DNA from: Octopus vulgaris
Lineage: Eukaryota
Assembly: GCA_951406725.2 (NCBI GenBank)
Contig: OX597819.1
Span: forward strand, 44,826,001 to 44,890,000
DNA length: 64,000 nt
Reading direction: 5' to 3'
Shown here: in pieces, positions 14,179 to 28,414 of the stretch
Layout of the letters: each line of letters opens with the position of its first letter
Position numbering within the stretch: the stretch's first letter is position 1
The notes under the pieces: model-generated
What the model was told of the DNA's origin: nothing
Seen by the model: only the letters and a program-made list of their open reading frames with translations
Database searches by the model: none
Program-made: the position numbers and the translations under genes

Positions 14179-15327
14179 TTACTCTTAATATATGACTTTC
14201 CTTTCTACTCCTGTTACTTCTACTCTTCCTTCTACCCTTCCTCCCACTATTTCTTCATTTGTCTTTTCAACTGTCACTATGCATCCATTAATAAAAAATG
14301 AATTAAGAGATCTGCTTTTTATTCTTATATACACATATACTAATTTTAAATTATGCTCTCTGTCACCATTTTGGGTTATTCGTTGGTATTATTTATCAGT
14401 TTATTTATTTATTGTAGCTACCCTTATTTAATTCTTACTCTTGGTACCCTCCACTCCGGGTACACTTCGCTGTTTTCTTTCTCTACTTACTGCTCTTACC
14501 ACTACCCCTATGTTACCTCTTCACATTCTATAGCAACTCTTATTTACATTCTACCTCTTGCTATACCTCTCTCTCTCACACTCCTGCAACTCTAGATTCC
14601 TTCAATAATTCGAGTGAAATGGGAACCTCTTCACAGTCACTCGCGAAGCTAGAAATAGCAACCAACACACGTAAATTCTCTCAAATCAAACGCCATAATG
14701 TTTCAAAAGAAAGACTCGTGAACAAAAGATAGAGCAGGCTTGGAAACATTGAATATAAGGCAGAATTGTCATGTCTAAAACATCTTTGGTCATAAAGTAA
14801 CAGGATCCGAACAGACCTAGGGTTAATCAACGACAACTGCATCATTATCAACAGCAGCATTAACAGAAACAACAATTAGTAACCCTTTCCCTTAATACTT
14901 CGTTCTACTCTTACCACTACCCGTGTGTCACACGTCACATTCTGCTGCAACTCTTATTATGAAATCTACTCCTGCTACCCCTCTACGACTACATGCTCTT
15001 TTTTCTGTCATTCATCAGTATGACATTCTTTCTTACAATGTACCCGTCCTTCTTCTTTTTAGTTCTCCTCCTACTTCTACCCCTCTTCATTCTTTCTTTA
15101 CCCTCCTCCCTATATACACTACCATATTCTTCGTTCTCCCCTTCATTCATGTTCTCAGTGTCTCCTCATACTCCTCCTCTCTCTTTGTTCCCATATTCTC
15201 CACCCGAAAATAACCCAACAAATCAACAGTTATGTTGAGAGAGAGAGAGAGACAGAGAGATACAGAAAGAGAGAGAGAGAGAGACAGAGAGATACAGAAA
15301 GAGAGAGAGAGAGAGACAGAGAGATAC

Positions 15328-15368
<41 letters not shown>

Positions 15369-16518
15369 GAGAGATAGGGAGACCAATACCATAATGAGCG
15401 TTGGTGGTGTTCATCCATAGATTCTGCGGGGAATTCATTTTTAAAATGTGCTTAAAATAAAGACCCATAAAATTTTACAAACGTAAAATTGTGTGGGGGT
15501 TTGTATGTGTGGGTTGGTGTGTTTGCGTGTGCATGATGTTGCTGTTGTTGTTGTGTGTGTGGGAGGTCTTTAGGTGTGTGTGTGAGTGTGCGTCTATCTG
15601 CGTGTTGCACGCGAGTGCGTATTTGTCGTCAAGTATGCGCGTCTATCTATCTATCTATCTATCTATTTATCAATCTTTCTGTTTACACGTGTATACACAC
15701 ACAAGTGCCTTCCCACGCACACGCGCACACACTCACGCGCACACACACTCACACGCACACACAAATACACACACATACACACATATATATAGCACTCGTA
15801 CGCGTATGTGAGTGTTTGTGTGCATGCGTTTGGCTTTGGTTAGCTCGAGCATGCTATGGTTAAAAGTGGTCCAGCCTTGACCGTCTCGTCTTTTATGCAG
15901 TCACAGACAAATACTACATTGGCCTATGTGTTATTAAAAATTGAGTAAGATGTATGATTCGTTGGAAAATTGGCTACGATTTCTAGAAGATCGACCGTCC
16001 ACGTTGAGGTGTCATCTTCGACTCGTGTGTATGTGTGTATATATATATATATATACATGACTTTTCGAAGAGGTGTGGCTTTTGAATGTCGCAGAGTTCG
16101 TGTAGGTGTGAATCTGTGTGTGTTTATGTGTGTGGGTGTGTATGTGTGTGTGTATGTGTATGCATGTATATATATTTATGCAGAAATATATATATGTAGG
16201 TGCACGTCAATAAGTGACTAACGTGATTTGGGAATGTCGCTCAGTACGCCTCCGTCTCTGACAAGTATATTTTTGGGGGGTACATATGCGGGTGTGCGGG
16301 TGTGCGCATGTGCGTGTGTACGTGTATATGTATCTTTTCTGTTTTATTTTTTTCTGTCGTGGGGCAGAAATTTTAGTAGAATTAATCGACCACAGTATTT
16401 AATTTTGTAAAGCCGAGTACTTATTCGATCGGTTCACTTTTGCCGAACCACTAATTCACGGGGACGTAGGCACATCGACACTGGTTGTCAAGCGATGATG
16501 GGGGAAAAAGACGAAAAG

Positions 16519-16552
<34 letters not shown>

Positions 16553-16558
16553 ACACAC

Positions 16559-16630
<72 letters not shown>

Positions 16631-16986
16631 GGAGTGGTTGTGTGTGTAAGTGGTTTGGTTACCAACCACATGGCTCCGAGTTCAGTCCCATTGCGTGGCA
16701 CCTTGGACATGTATCTTCTACTATAACCGCAGGCCGATCAAAGCCATATGATTGGATTTGGGTTAGGGCTATATATATATTAGAAGGTTTGGAGATGATG
16801 TACAGGTATTTTATATTAGAAGAAATGAGGTACTCAGTAATTCGGATGGTTTTATATTTACAGATACTTATTTGTATATTACGTGTTTTTATACATCATA
16901 TATCATATATATCAGCACTTTAGTCCATTCTAGTGGAGTTGACAAATTGAACTGTATATATATATATATTGAACTAGGTATTGAAT

Positions 16987-17027
<41 letters not shown>

Positions 17028-17245
17028 TGTGTGTGTGTTTGTGTGTGTGTGTGTTTGTCCCCCACCATCGCTTGACAGCTGATGTTGGTGTGGTCACGTC
17101 CCCGTAACTTAGCGTTTCGGCAAAAGAGACCGATATAATAAGTACTAGGCTTACAAAGAATAAGTTCTAGAATCGATTTGTTCGACTACAGGTGGTGCTC
17201 CAGCATGGCCGCAGTCAAATGACTGAAACAAGTAAAAGAAAAAAG
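16631..17245 (+). mobile_element. SINE family A, interrupted
   Basis: Head at 16631-16762 and 3' half at about 17030-17245, separated by unrelated AT-rich sequence; an opposite-strand 3' half lies at about 16405-16550. Confidence 0.65.
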
Positions 17246-17265
17246 AATATAAGAATATATATATG

Positions 17266-17302
<37 letters not shown>

Positions 17303-17819
17303 GCATACATACATATATGATGGGCTTTTTTCCAGTTTCCTTCTACCAAATCCACTCACGACGTTTTGGTCGGCACGGAGCTATAGTAGAAGGCAACTGT
17401 TTAAAGTACCACGCAGTGGCACTGAACCCGGACCCATATGGTTGGTAAATAAGCGTCTCACCACACAGCCACGCCTACGCCAATTGTATACATATTCATG
17501 TATATGTGGGAGTCTATATAATTTAACGATGGTTGTGTTTTTGTACGCGGGTATCCATATGAATGGTTGAGATGTGCACATATAATTAGTGTGTGCGCCC
17601 GTGTGTGTATGAATGTGTGGGTATGTGTACGTGTGCGTATCTGTATGTGTAGCTACACACATAAATGCGATTGTGTGCGGGAAGCATGTGATAAATGTAT
17701 GTACGGGTGTCCTGGCTATGCGTCTGGTATTTGTATGTATACATACATACGCATATATATACTATATATTATCTTTGGTCGAAACATATCTAAGTTTTAT
17801 ATATATATATATAAAACTT

Positions 17820-18536
17820 AGATATGTTTCGACCAAAGATTGGTCCAAGCCATGTCTAACTTAATAGCACCACCTGATAGGATTATCTAATTCCTTTTTA
17901 AGTCAAGTTTTGTTTATGGTCCATTCATGTAGTGAGTTCTTGTTGAGTGAGTTGTATACAGGTGTGGGTGGCTTATCGGTATTTCTTGAAGAAATCTTTC
18001 CAGACTCAGTTTAAAGGTGATGGGATCCTTTTCCTCTCTAATCAGTTTTAGGACAATATTAAACAGGGCAGGGCCTGTTCAGGAAAAGAAATTATGTTGC
18101 AGTGTACCTATATGCTGTCATCTTGAAATGGGCAGGGCAACTATAGCCTGTCGTCCCAGTCTTGGATGAACCTTGAAACTAATGTTCAGGTTATTTGGGC
18201 AATGCTGGTGGTATATTCTCCACATCGTACAAATGATGTACCGCTCGCAGCGGCGCTGGATGCAGTAGAGTTTCAAGGCTTTAAGGCGGTCCCAGTATTC
18301 GAGATCAGTCATGCCTTCAATTCGTTTAGTGAGTGTCCTCTGGGGTGATTCAATCCTCGAGATATTTTGTTTTGTATGCGGAGACCACAAGGGGCAGCAG
18401 TATTCGAAGTGTGGCCGTACAAAGGAGGAGAAAAGTGGAGTGGAATGATGACACCTTATTCTCTGGACCGGAAGGTTCTTAAGACCCAGGAGCTCATTCT
18501 ACGAGCTATATCGACCTTATTGTAGATGTAGGCACT

Positions 18537-18540
<4 letters not shown>
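17820..18540 (-). mobile_element. CR1-group LINE 3' region
   Basis: RPHFEYCCPLWSPHTKQNISRIESPQRTLTKRIEGMTDLEYWDRLKALKLYCIQRRCERY is a post-RT region typical of CR1-group LINEs. Confidence 0.85.
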
Positions 18541-18590
<50 letters not shown>

Positions 18591-18607
18591 TTATGTATAT
18601 ATGTATG

Positions 18608-18640
<33 letters not shown>

Positions 18641-18652
18641 TATGTATATGTG

Positions 18653-18710
<58 letters not shown>

Positions 18711-18713
<3 letters not shown>

Positions 18714-18900
18714 AGAGTTTACGAAAAAAACAAAAGACGAAAATAGGTGGTGTACAAAACAAACAGATGTATTAGTATAACGCTCAGTAATAGAAAAATT
18801 CTTCTACGTTTCGAGCCTACGCTCTTCTACAGAAAGGGACACAGAAAATACAAGGAGAGAAACAATGAGAGAAAAAAGTGTGTAGTGGCTAACGATCTAT
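18711..18900 (-). mobile_element. Penelope-type terminal repeat fragment with hammerhead-like motif
   Basis: Minus strand CUUU-CUGUAGA-AGAGC(GUAG)GCUC-GAAAC-GUA-GAAG; follows a (TA)n run; resembles 56925-57120. Confidence 0.55.
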
Positions 18901-19119
18901 ATATAGACATGTGTTTATGTGTGCGTGCATGTGTGCATGTCCCAGTGTATGTGTTTGTGTGTGTGTGTGTATGTGTGTGTGTGTGTGTGTCATTGTGTAT
19001 GTGATTGTTATCCCTCTTCACTCTTTGGCATCTGGTGTTGGTTTGTTTATATCTCCGCATCAGAATTTCAGTGAAAATGACCGAAGCACTAACCACCTGA
19101 TATTTGAAAAACTAATGCA

Positions 19120-19580
19120 CGGTTAATGGTAAGTAGTTTGCTTCCCAACCACGTGTTTCCGGGTTCAGTCCTTCTGCGTGGCACCTTAGGTAAGTGTCTT
19201 CTACTATAGCCTCGAAACAGCCAAAGTCTTGGTAGATGGAAGATTTGAGTGCTATTTTATCCACCTTGTTTTCCTCCTATGTGCTTACTTGCGTGTATGT
19301 GTGTGTGTGTCTGCTTATATGTATGGATATATGTATGTATGTATACACACACATACACACATGTTTGTGTGTGTGCCTTTGTGTCTGTTGTCGTTCGCAT
19401 CCAGAGCTTGACAACCGGTGTTGGTGCGTTTTCGTCCCCGTAACATTAGCAACTAGGCAAAATGACCGATAGAAGAGGTACGACGCTTAGCAAAAATGCA
19501 CCGGACTCAATTTGTTTGACTAAAACAAGGCAAGTCCCCACGATGACGGTAGTTCAAACTGACTGAAACAAGTTAAATCC
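19120..19580 (+). mobile_element. SINE family A, diverged
   Basis: Head and core tgcgtggcaccttaggtaagtgtcttctactatagcc; tail gactgaaacaagt. Confidence 0.75.
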
Positions 19581-19965
19581 AAAGAATATAAGATAAAAGT
19601 GTATGAGAATGAGTTCATGAGTTACTGAGTCGCTCAATGACAAGATGCCAGTGAGTATAATACATTAATGTTCCTGTGTATAATGAGAATGTGTATCTGT
19701 AAATAAGAGTTAGGCGATGTGTATATGTGAGACGAAAAGACACGCAGTCTAGCGGTTAATCTACTGAGCTCCGACCATAAGGTCGTGGTTTTGATAGATT
19801 CTTAGTGAAGCGAATTATGGTCTTAGGCAAGGCGCCTTATTCACGTTACTCCTTTCAGTTGGACAAAATGAAAATCTAAGACAAAATGAAATCTAAGAAA
19901 GAGTGTTCGTCGGCATCAGTGTACCGCAGCCGTGTAAACTAACGTATTGGTGATGCGAGCCATAA

Positions 19966-20352
19966 TCTTTACTTGTTTCAGTCATTTGACTGCGGCCATG
20001 CTGGAGCACCGCCTTTAGTCGAGCAAATCGACTTATTCTTTGTAAGCCCAGTACTTATTCTATCGGTCTCTTTTGCCGAACCGCTAAGTGACGGAGACGT
20101 AAACACACCAGCATCGGTTGTCAAGCAATGCTAGGGGGACAAACACAGACACACAAACACACACGTGCATATATATATATACATATATACGACAGGCTTC
20201 TTTCAGTTTCCGTCTACCAAATCCACTCACAAGGCATTGGTCGGCCCGGGACTATAGCAGAAGACACTTTGCCCAAGATGCCACGCAGTGGGACTGAACC
20301 CGGAACCATTTGGCTGGTTAGCAAGCTACTTACCACACAGCCACTCCTACGC
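19966..20352 (-). mobile_element. SINE family A, full length
   Basis: Reverse complement of family A (acttgtttcagtcatttgactgcggccatgctggagc ... taccacacagccactcc). Confidence 0.85.
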
Positions 20353-20425
20353 CATTCATAATCTTCATGAATGAAATAATATCCTTTAAGCGGTGTAACA
20401 AAGGCTGCTATAAATTTCCGCATTT

Positions 20426-20710
20426 ATACGCGAGATGTACTGAAAAATTCTTCGCTTTGGGTAAAAGTAATAAAAGGAAGGTAAATTATGATTTTATTCA
20501 ACATATTCCCCTCTCAGATTCACTTCAATTTCCCTAAACCTTGTAAAAGAACACGGAAAGCTGGGCTACCTGCCAGCGCTTTCGCCAGATTCACTCAATT
20601 ATGACAGCGGTCCTTCATTTTCCCTAAACCTTGTTAAAGAACACGGAAAGTTGGGACTCCCGCCAGCGCTTTCGCCATACTCTTAGCCAGGAATTTTTCA
20701 GTACCCCGAC
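20426..20710 (-). mobile_element. mariner-derived MITE with internal direct duplication
   Basis: Inverted termini gtactgaaaaattc / gaatttttcagtac; reverse relative of 4706-4919; ttccctaaaccttgt..gcgctttcgcca occurs twice. Confidence 0.6.
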
Positions 20711-21105
20711 CCCACTTTATACGAGGTAACTGAACGAAACTGTGTGTGGTCGGTTCAAAGGGCAATTGGGGCTAGATGTTTGGTGTTCTTGATTTCGTTG
20801 TTATTAAGAACGTCCTTAGGACATGATTGAGTACAAAATGTATGATCAAAGTTATGCAAACAGTAAGTGAATCTTTTATATTTCGTCTCTTACTTGTTTC
20901 AGTCAGCAGACCGCGGCCATGCTGGGGCATCGCTTTGAGGAATTTTAGTCGAAAGAACCTACCCTAGTGTTTATCTTTTTTAAAAGCCTAATACTTATTC
21001 TATGTGTCTCTTTTGGTGAACCGCTATATTACGGGGACTTACACAAATCGGCACCATTTGTCAAGCAGTGGCTGGGGGAAACACAGAAACAAAGACTTAT
21101 ACACT

Positions 21106-21176
<71 letters not shown>

Positions 21177-21631
21177 ATATGTGGTGGTAGTGTTGTGTGT
21201 GTTTTGTACTGGTTTGTACACAATGCTGTTGATTGCCTCAGCTCGACTCTCATAATGTGGACTCTTTGATTGAAACCATTTCCACTGTGGTCATCTTGTA
21301 TGTTTTTTTCTTTCGTATTAAGAACAACACAATTTAATGCGGTGATTTTCAATCTGAGAGATGTGTCACACATCCTCAGCAGAAAATAAAGAAAAAGAGA
21401 TTGAAAATTCGCTGTAGTCCTTCATTTATTTACCTGAAGAACAAATATTTTCTATTCACATAATTCATCTTCATTCGTAATGGTGTTGAACAAATATCAG
21501 AAATTCAACCATCGCAGTTTTAAGGAACATTTCAATTTGCCTACACGTGATCTAATAAGAATTGCATCATAGCAATCTCTGCAAGCTCTTTGTGAGTAAC
21601 ACACGTCAACGTGTTATTACTTTATTTAAGA

Positions 21632-21931
21632 CTAGCAGTATCGCCCGGCGTTGCTCGGGTTTGTAAGGGAAATAACTATATAAGCATTTTTAGAGAGTTA
21701 CTTCCCTTATATAATAGCAAAAAAATGCATTAAAAATGGGAAAAAATGATGGTAATTTTTTTTTTTTAATCGTAGACTCATCGTAGGTTCGCGCTAATAC
21801 CCAGAAGGACTCGATATGAATCACGACTATAAGATACCCGCTTTTGGTTAAACTGCACCGCAAAATGTGGGAGTAGTTAGGAATCTAAATCGTAGGAGAC
21901 AGACACACAACTTCACTTTTATATATAAAGA
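21632..21931 (-). mobile_element. Non-autonomous Helitron, complete (300 bp)
   Basis: Minus strand begins TC (TCTTTATATATAAAAG), has a subterminal hairpin CCCGAGCAACGCCGGG, ends CTAG, and sits between A and T with no target duplication. Confidence 0.85.
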
Positions 21932-23715
21932 TGTGGCTGCTGTTTCTATAACGTTGTTCGTACACGCAGAGTATGTCTTGCGCATTCGCACACGTCTTAG
22001 AAGCAAGAGGGCTCTGCTGAGGGAATTCATGAATCTCAACTCGAAAAGAAAGTTTAAGTCTTAAAAAACAACAGCAAAAATTTAATGTCACGTAATACTG
22101 AAGTTGAAAAATGAAAATTCATAATTTTATTCTCATTACAGTCGTGACGTCACAAGTTGTTATACAGTTCTCTCTTTATTTAAAACGTTCCCACATTTGG
22201 TACGAGTGTGCCAGATATACGAAGAATGAGGACGGGTGTTATTAAGAGATAATCAAATTATCCAAATCAAGCTCTTACTGAAGTGGGTTAGACTTCACTT
22301 GAATTCAATGACTGAACTTCAGGGAAACTCTAGCTGAGATGTCTCGAATAAAGCTACAAAACATGAAGTAAATAAATAATAAAATACAGCCAGTCGACGC
22401 ATGCGTGCGAGTGTTGCTTGTTAAGAGGTTCCATGCATTCGTTAAATGTTTCCAATGCCTGTATAGCTTCGCATAGATAGATACAGTTTTTCGCTCAACT
22501 TAATCTTGATTCAGCAGACAAAAGGATTCAACAACTGGAGGGAGTGAGGTCTGCCAAAGTCTCCAGCTCGAACTTCTTAGAGCTAGCTGATTTGATTAAG
22601 GTAACGTGAAATGGATTGCCTTTTTCAAGTAAACAGCATGCCGTTCCATTCAAGAATTGAAACCACAACCTTATGATAATGAGTTGAATTCCCTACCCAC
22701 GAGGATATGCTTTCACAAGTCTTATAGAATGAAATGAGTTAACTACGAACACTCAGTATTTATCAAATGTATCCCAATTCTCCGAGTGAATGACTAAATA
22801 TACGAGTGAGTGAGTAAGTGAGTGAGTGAGTGAGTGAGTGAGTGAGTGAGTGAATGAGTGAGTGAGTGAGTAAATGAATGGGAGGGTGAGTGAATGGACG
22901 AAAGAGAGGGTGAGTATGCGAAAGTGTGATAGCATGAGTGGGTTATTGTTTAAATATATTGAAAATATACTGGAAATACTTATCAGTAAACCATATACAA
23001 AAATATAAAAAAAATTAATTAAACAAGCATACAAATTAATTAACCGCTTCCATGAGGATAACGACATCACTGAATTATTTAGGGACAAGATGTACGCGTT
23101 TTTAGTGCATAGGAACCTATGCACATGCATCTGTTCTGTGAAAAATAATGAATCCCAAATTATACAAATTCATAGTTGATGTAATTTATATTTTATTGCT
23201 ATTCAAGTCTTTAGGCTAAAGAACACGGCTAATGAAGAGATTACATCTACAAGTTATCAAAGGCACTGTGACAATATATATGTAATAAGATCCACGTATT
23301 CAATAACATCCATGCCTACACACATGTGATCGCGTTCATATACTTATGTATATAGATGTATGTATGTATGTGCGCATGCATGTATACATATATACATACA
23401 TTCATACAAACGTACACATAGTCATATCTACATGCCACAAATAACACGCCATATCCCCATGCATATATATACATACATACATATGCTTGCGTGGATCTGC
23501 AAGTTTGCGTATACATATTAATGTCTAATATGCGTTTACATGCAATTTGTGGTTTTATACACGCACATACACAAATATACGTACACCCAAGCACACACAT
23601 ACACACACACACGGGCATATTTATGTGTGTATGTATGCATGAACGTATGTATGCAAGTATAGTATTAGGTTCTGCTCGAAAGCTGGTGCTATGCTGCCGT
23701 TAGCTTTGAAAACTC

Positions 23716-23823
<108 letters not shown>

Positions 23824-24054
23824 CATACATACATACATATATATATATTAACGGTGTTGTTCAAACGATGAATAGCTTCGCGCAAACCATTGGTTCGTTT
23901 TGTTCACTTACTTTATTATCATCTTATAATCATCTCATAATAATGACCTTTATGACTCATATTACTACCTCAGTCAATCTAAATGTATATATTTCTCGCT
24001 ACCTGTCATAAATAGCCTTTTTCTATTTACAATATGCATTTTCATTGATTTTTC

Positions 24055-24094
<40 letters not shown>

Positions 24095-24480
24095 CTATAT
24101 ATATACAGCTCTAGTATAATTAAGCAATTTACTATATTATAGCTGCTTGTATTTCATATTTAAAGTTATTCTTACGTATGCATTTGCCGAGCATGCCAGT
24201 ACATGGTTTGCATGCCATGACCATGCAAGCCGTGGAATGGCGAGGTCATTCACCTTCGATCCTGTCGGGTACGTAAGGTTAACAAGCTACAAAAAGGGCG
24301 AACCATCGATGTCCATTACATCTAGATGGGAGTGTAAGTGAGTTATGTCGCCTGTTCGTTACTTGAAGTGGTTTAACACCTGGCACTTTGAAAGAATATA
24401 TACTCCACCGTGCTAATAGTAGCCCACCGGTAAATACACGAAGCTTATACGTTAAGTAAATGCTGTAAATGGTAAATGAT

Positions 24481-24566
<86 letters not shown>

Positions 24567-24879
24567 GGCGGGGAGGAATTTAATCAATCGAGAACATCGA
24601 TGATCACCTGCTAATAATACTTTACAAAGAGAAAGGTGGCAAATCAAAAATAGATTTTTTTTTCATATTTGGGAAGGAAGGCGGCTTCTTACAAGTATCT
24701 CAATTTAAGAGAAGAATTTACAAAATTGAAATCTGTAATACGACAGGGTTGTGTTACTGCCTGATCGTTCGCAGGCACGGTACCAACTCCAAAATATTTG
24801 TCGGTTGTGGCGTTGACAATGAGTGAGGAGTACTTCGTGTAATAATAATTCTTTCTATCATGGGTACAAAGAAGACTGC

Positions 24880-26148
24880 GAACTAGCAGAATGGTTAGCT
24901 CGCAGGATGAAATGCTTAGTGGCATTTCAACGGTCTTTACATTCTGAGTTCAAATCCCATTGAGGACGACTTTGCCTGTCATCCTTTCGGGGACGATAAT
25001 TAAGTACCAGTTGAGTACTGGCGTCGATGTAATCGACTCGCCCTTCATCCAAAGTTGCAGGCTTTGTGCCTATATTAGAAAGGAGTATAGGAAAAAGGAC
25101 TGAAACTGAGTACGGGTGCTAGTCGGTATCACCGGCTCCAGTGTTCAACTGGTACTTATTTTATCGACTCCTATTGGATGAAAGGCTAAGACGATCTCAG
25201 TGGAATTTGAACTGAAGATCTGGAAGTGCTGCGGCAAAAAAATTTTGTTCGGCACTGTAACGATTCTACCAGTTCGACACTCTAAAAGTTTCGCAATAAT
25301 AATTCTTTCTTCTAAAGGATCAAGGTCTGAATTTATTAATTTTTTTTGGGTGGGGGGGCGTGGATTTGTTTAGTTTATTACAGAGATCCCAGTCCGGAAC
25401 TGTTAATTATTTTACCGACCAAAGCGGCGAGCTGGCAGAAACGTTAGCACGCCGGGCGAAATGCGTAGCCGTATTTCGTCTACCGTTACGTTCTGAGTTC
25501 AAATTCTGCCAAGGTCGACTTTGCCTTTCATCCTTTCGGGGTCGATTAAATAAGTACCAGTTACGCACTGTGGTCGATATAATCGAATTAATCCGTTTGT
25601 CTCTCCTTGTTTGTCGTCTCTCTGTTTAGCCCCTTGTGGGTAGTAAAGAAATAGGTATTTCGTCTGCCGCAATGTTCTGAGTTCAAATTCCGCCGAAGTC
25701 GGCTTTTTCTTTCATATTTTCGGGGTCGACTAAATAAGTACCAGTTACGCACTGGGGTCGATGCAAAACTTTTCAAGGCTTTGTGCCGAGAATAGAAAGC
25801 ATTGTTTTATCGACCTATGCAAAACAAAGTCGACCTCGGTGGATTTGAAACCCAGAATGGAAAACCGTAAGATATGAGGCTAAGCATTTTGTCAGATGTG
25901 CTAACGATTCAGCCAGCTCGCCACCTTATTAGTATTAAATTTTGACACAAGGCCAAAGTTCTAGATGGGGATGCGGTTAGTCGGTTACATCGAACCCAAT
26001 ACTTGACTGCTTTTTTCTTTTTATTTTATCGACCCGAAAAGATGAAAGGCAAACTCGACCTCGGTGACATTTGAACTCGGAACATAAATAGCCAGAAAGA
26101 AAATGCCGCTAAGCATTTTGTCCGACGCACTAACGACACTGCCAGCTC
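24880..26148. mobile_element. Cluster of SINE family B copies in both orientations
   Basis: Plus copies at about 24880-25085 and 25421-25800 (internally duplicated); minus copies at about 25135-25280, 25800-25925 and 25945-26148. Confidence 0.8.
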
Positions 26149-26719
26149 ATAATGATATAATCATAATGAAATGTGATCAGTGACATTCATTATGTTATAG
26201 AATGATGATGTCAGCGAGGCGAGTGAGTCTGATGTTTGAGTAAATGAATGAACCATATGAATGAGTGAGTTGTGTGTGTAGAATACTGTATAAAATAATG
26301 ATTGATGTTATTCTATACAGCAGCCTGCTGTAGCCATTGAAATATGCTTCGTACATTTGGAAGAAGATGGTACTTGCTCAAGCTGCTGTTATATCAGATA
26401 CTCTTTGATCTATTCAACGGTGTTCCTCTTGCTTTTTAATGTTCGCCTAGTCGTCTTCATATTCTTACTGTCTTTTTTTCTCTCTCGTTTTCCTCGTTTT
26501 TTTTTCGTCTTTTTTTTTAATGCTTTCAATATAGTAATTGTTGCCTTTTATTTTCGTTGTTTTGTTGTTGTTGATGTTTCTCTATTTATTTATTTATTTA
26601 TTTATTGCTGGTGCCTCATCTCTTTTGTTGTTGTTCTTGTTATTACTGTCGTAGTTGCTATTTTTATTTTTATTTTATATTTCTAATACCATTGATGTAA
26701 CTTTTTTCAGTATTTCTTT

Positions 26720-26720
26720 A

Positions 26721-26774
<54 letters not shown>

Positions 26775-26775
26775 C

Positions 26776-26807
<32 letters not shown>

Positions 26808-26851
26808 CATCATCATCTTCTTCTTCAGTATTATGATTATTTATATTATTA

Positions 26852-26922
<71 letters not shown>

Positions 26923-26972
26923 GTTGTTGTTGTTATTATTATTATTATTTATATTATTATTATTTATATTAT
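26720..26972. repeat. Compound trinucleotide repeat (ATT/CAT/TTG)
   Basis: Directly visible. Confidence 0.95.
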
Positions 26973-27346
26973 TACTTGCTTTTCTTGGTGGTGATGTCGT
27001 TAATGTGTACACCCATGCAAATAGGTAAGTCTTTGTGTATGTATGCACGTGTCTCTGTGTGTGTGTGTGTGTGTGTGTGTACGTGCATCTACCTGTTTGC
27101 AGTGCATTTGGGGATAACTACCTTATCAATGACCCCAATGTAGAGCAATGGGTTGTGTATGTTGTTCAACCCTGAGCGAAGATACTTTCAAACTGTGACG
27201 GTCCGGCCACTTTAAGGTATCTGTGTCCATCTGTTTTATATTTTTGAAGTGGTTGAGTGTATCTCAAGTGAGATTTTGCTGCTATTTCAAGCAAATGGAC
27301 GGAGAATTGACAGGTATCAAAATTGGCTCGTGATCAGCTATTTGAC

Positions 27347-27373
27347 AGTAGAGTAGTAGTAGCAGCAGCAGTG

Positions 27374-27437
<64 letters not shown>

Positions 27438-27503
27438 CAGTAGTAGTGGCAGCAGCAGCAGTAATAGCAGTAGAAACAGCAGCAGCAGAAGTAGTAGTAG
27501 TTA

Positions 27504-27576
<73 letters not shown>

Positions 27577-27586
27577 TATAGTAGTG

Positions 27587-27618
<32 letters not shown>

Positions 27619-27628
27619 GGTGGTGGTG

Positions 27629-27675
<47 letters not shown>

Positions 27676-27691
27676 GGTGGTGGTGGTGGTG

Positions 27692-27738
<47 letters not shown>
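27347..27738. repeat. Compound (TAG)/(TGG)/(CAG) trinucleotide repeat
   Basis: Directly visible. Confidence 0.95.
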
Positions 27739-27739
<1 letters not shown>

Positions 27740-28414
27740 CCAATAGCGGCTGTAGTAATAATACATAACGTTGCAGTAAACTCGTCACATATTTAACAAT
27801 TAATTAGCCGCCTCTCTCAAGATAACTGCATCATTGAATGAATTCTCCAGCGATAAGGTTTTCATTTTCGAACAAGAGGCACATTGCAAGTACTTAAGAA
27901 CCTGTGAAGTTGCAACCGTTCTGTGAAAACATAATGAATCTCTAATTTTACGAATTCATGGTTATATAATTAATGTATAGAATTACTATTTAGCTCTTCT
28001 ATGAGGGGGACGGATGTTATGATTGAAAAGCGAGTCGACAAATTGTCGTGTTACAGTATATTGTACACCGAATTCTGTAGATGCTAGGTTTGAACTTCAG
28101 AAAAATCTGGCGAAGAAAGGGGAATTATATTAAGACAAACTCTGTTTTCTCATCGCATTTAACTAAATGTACGATGGCGATGATTTAGTAGAATTTCTAA
28201 AGCATGTGACAAAATAACTTGCTGTGTTTCTTTCGGTTGTTTACGCTCCGAGTTCAAACCACGCCAAGATCAAATTCGACTTCCATCCTCTCGGGAGCAA
28301 TACAATAGGGAATAGGAACAACTCTTTTTACTCTCTCTCTTTTACTCTTTTACTTGTTTCAGTCATTTGACTGTGGTCATGCTAGAGCACAGCCTTTAGT
28401 CGGGCAAATTGACA

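Noticed and set aside
27103-27180. H/ACA snoRNA (two hairpins with an AGAGCA hinge)
   Set aside because: The hairpins are too short and there is no correctly placed ACA box.
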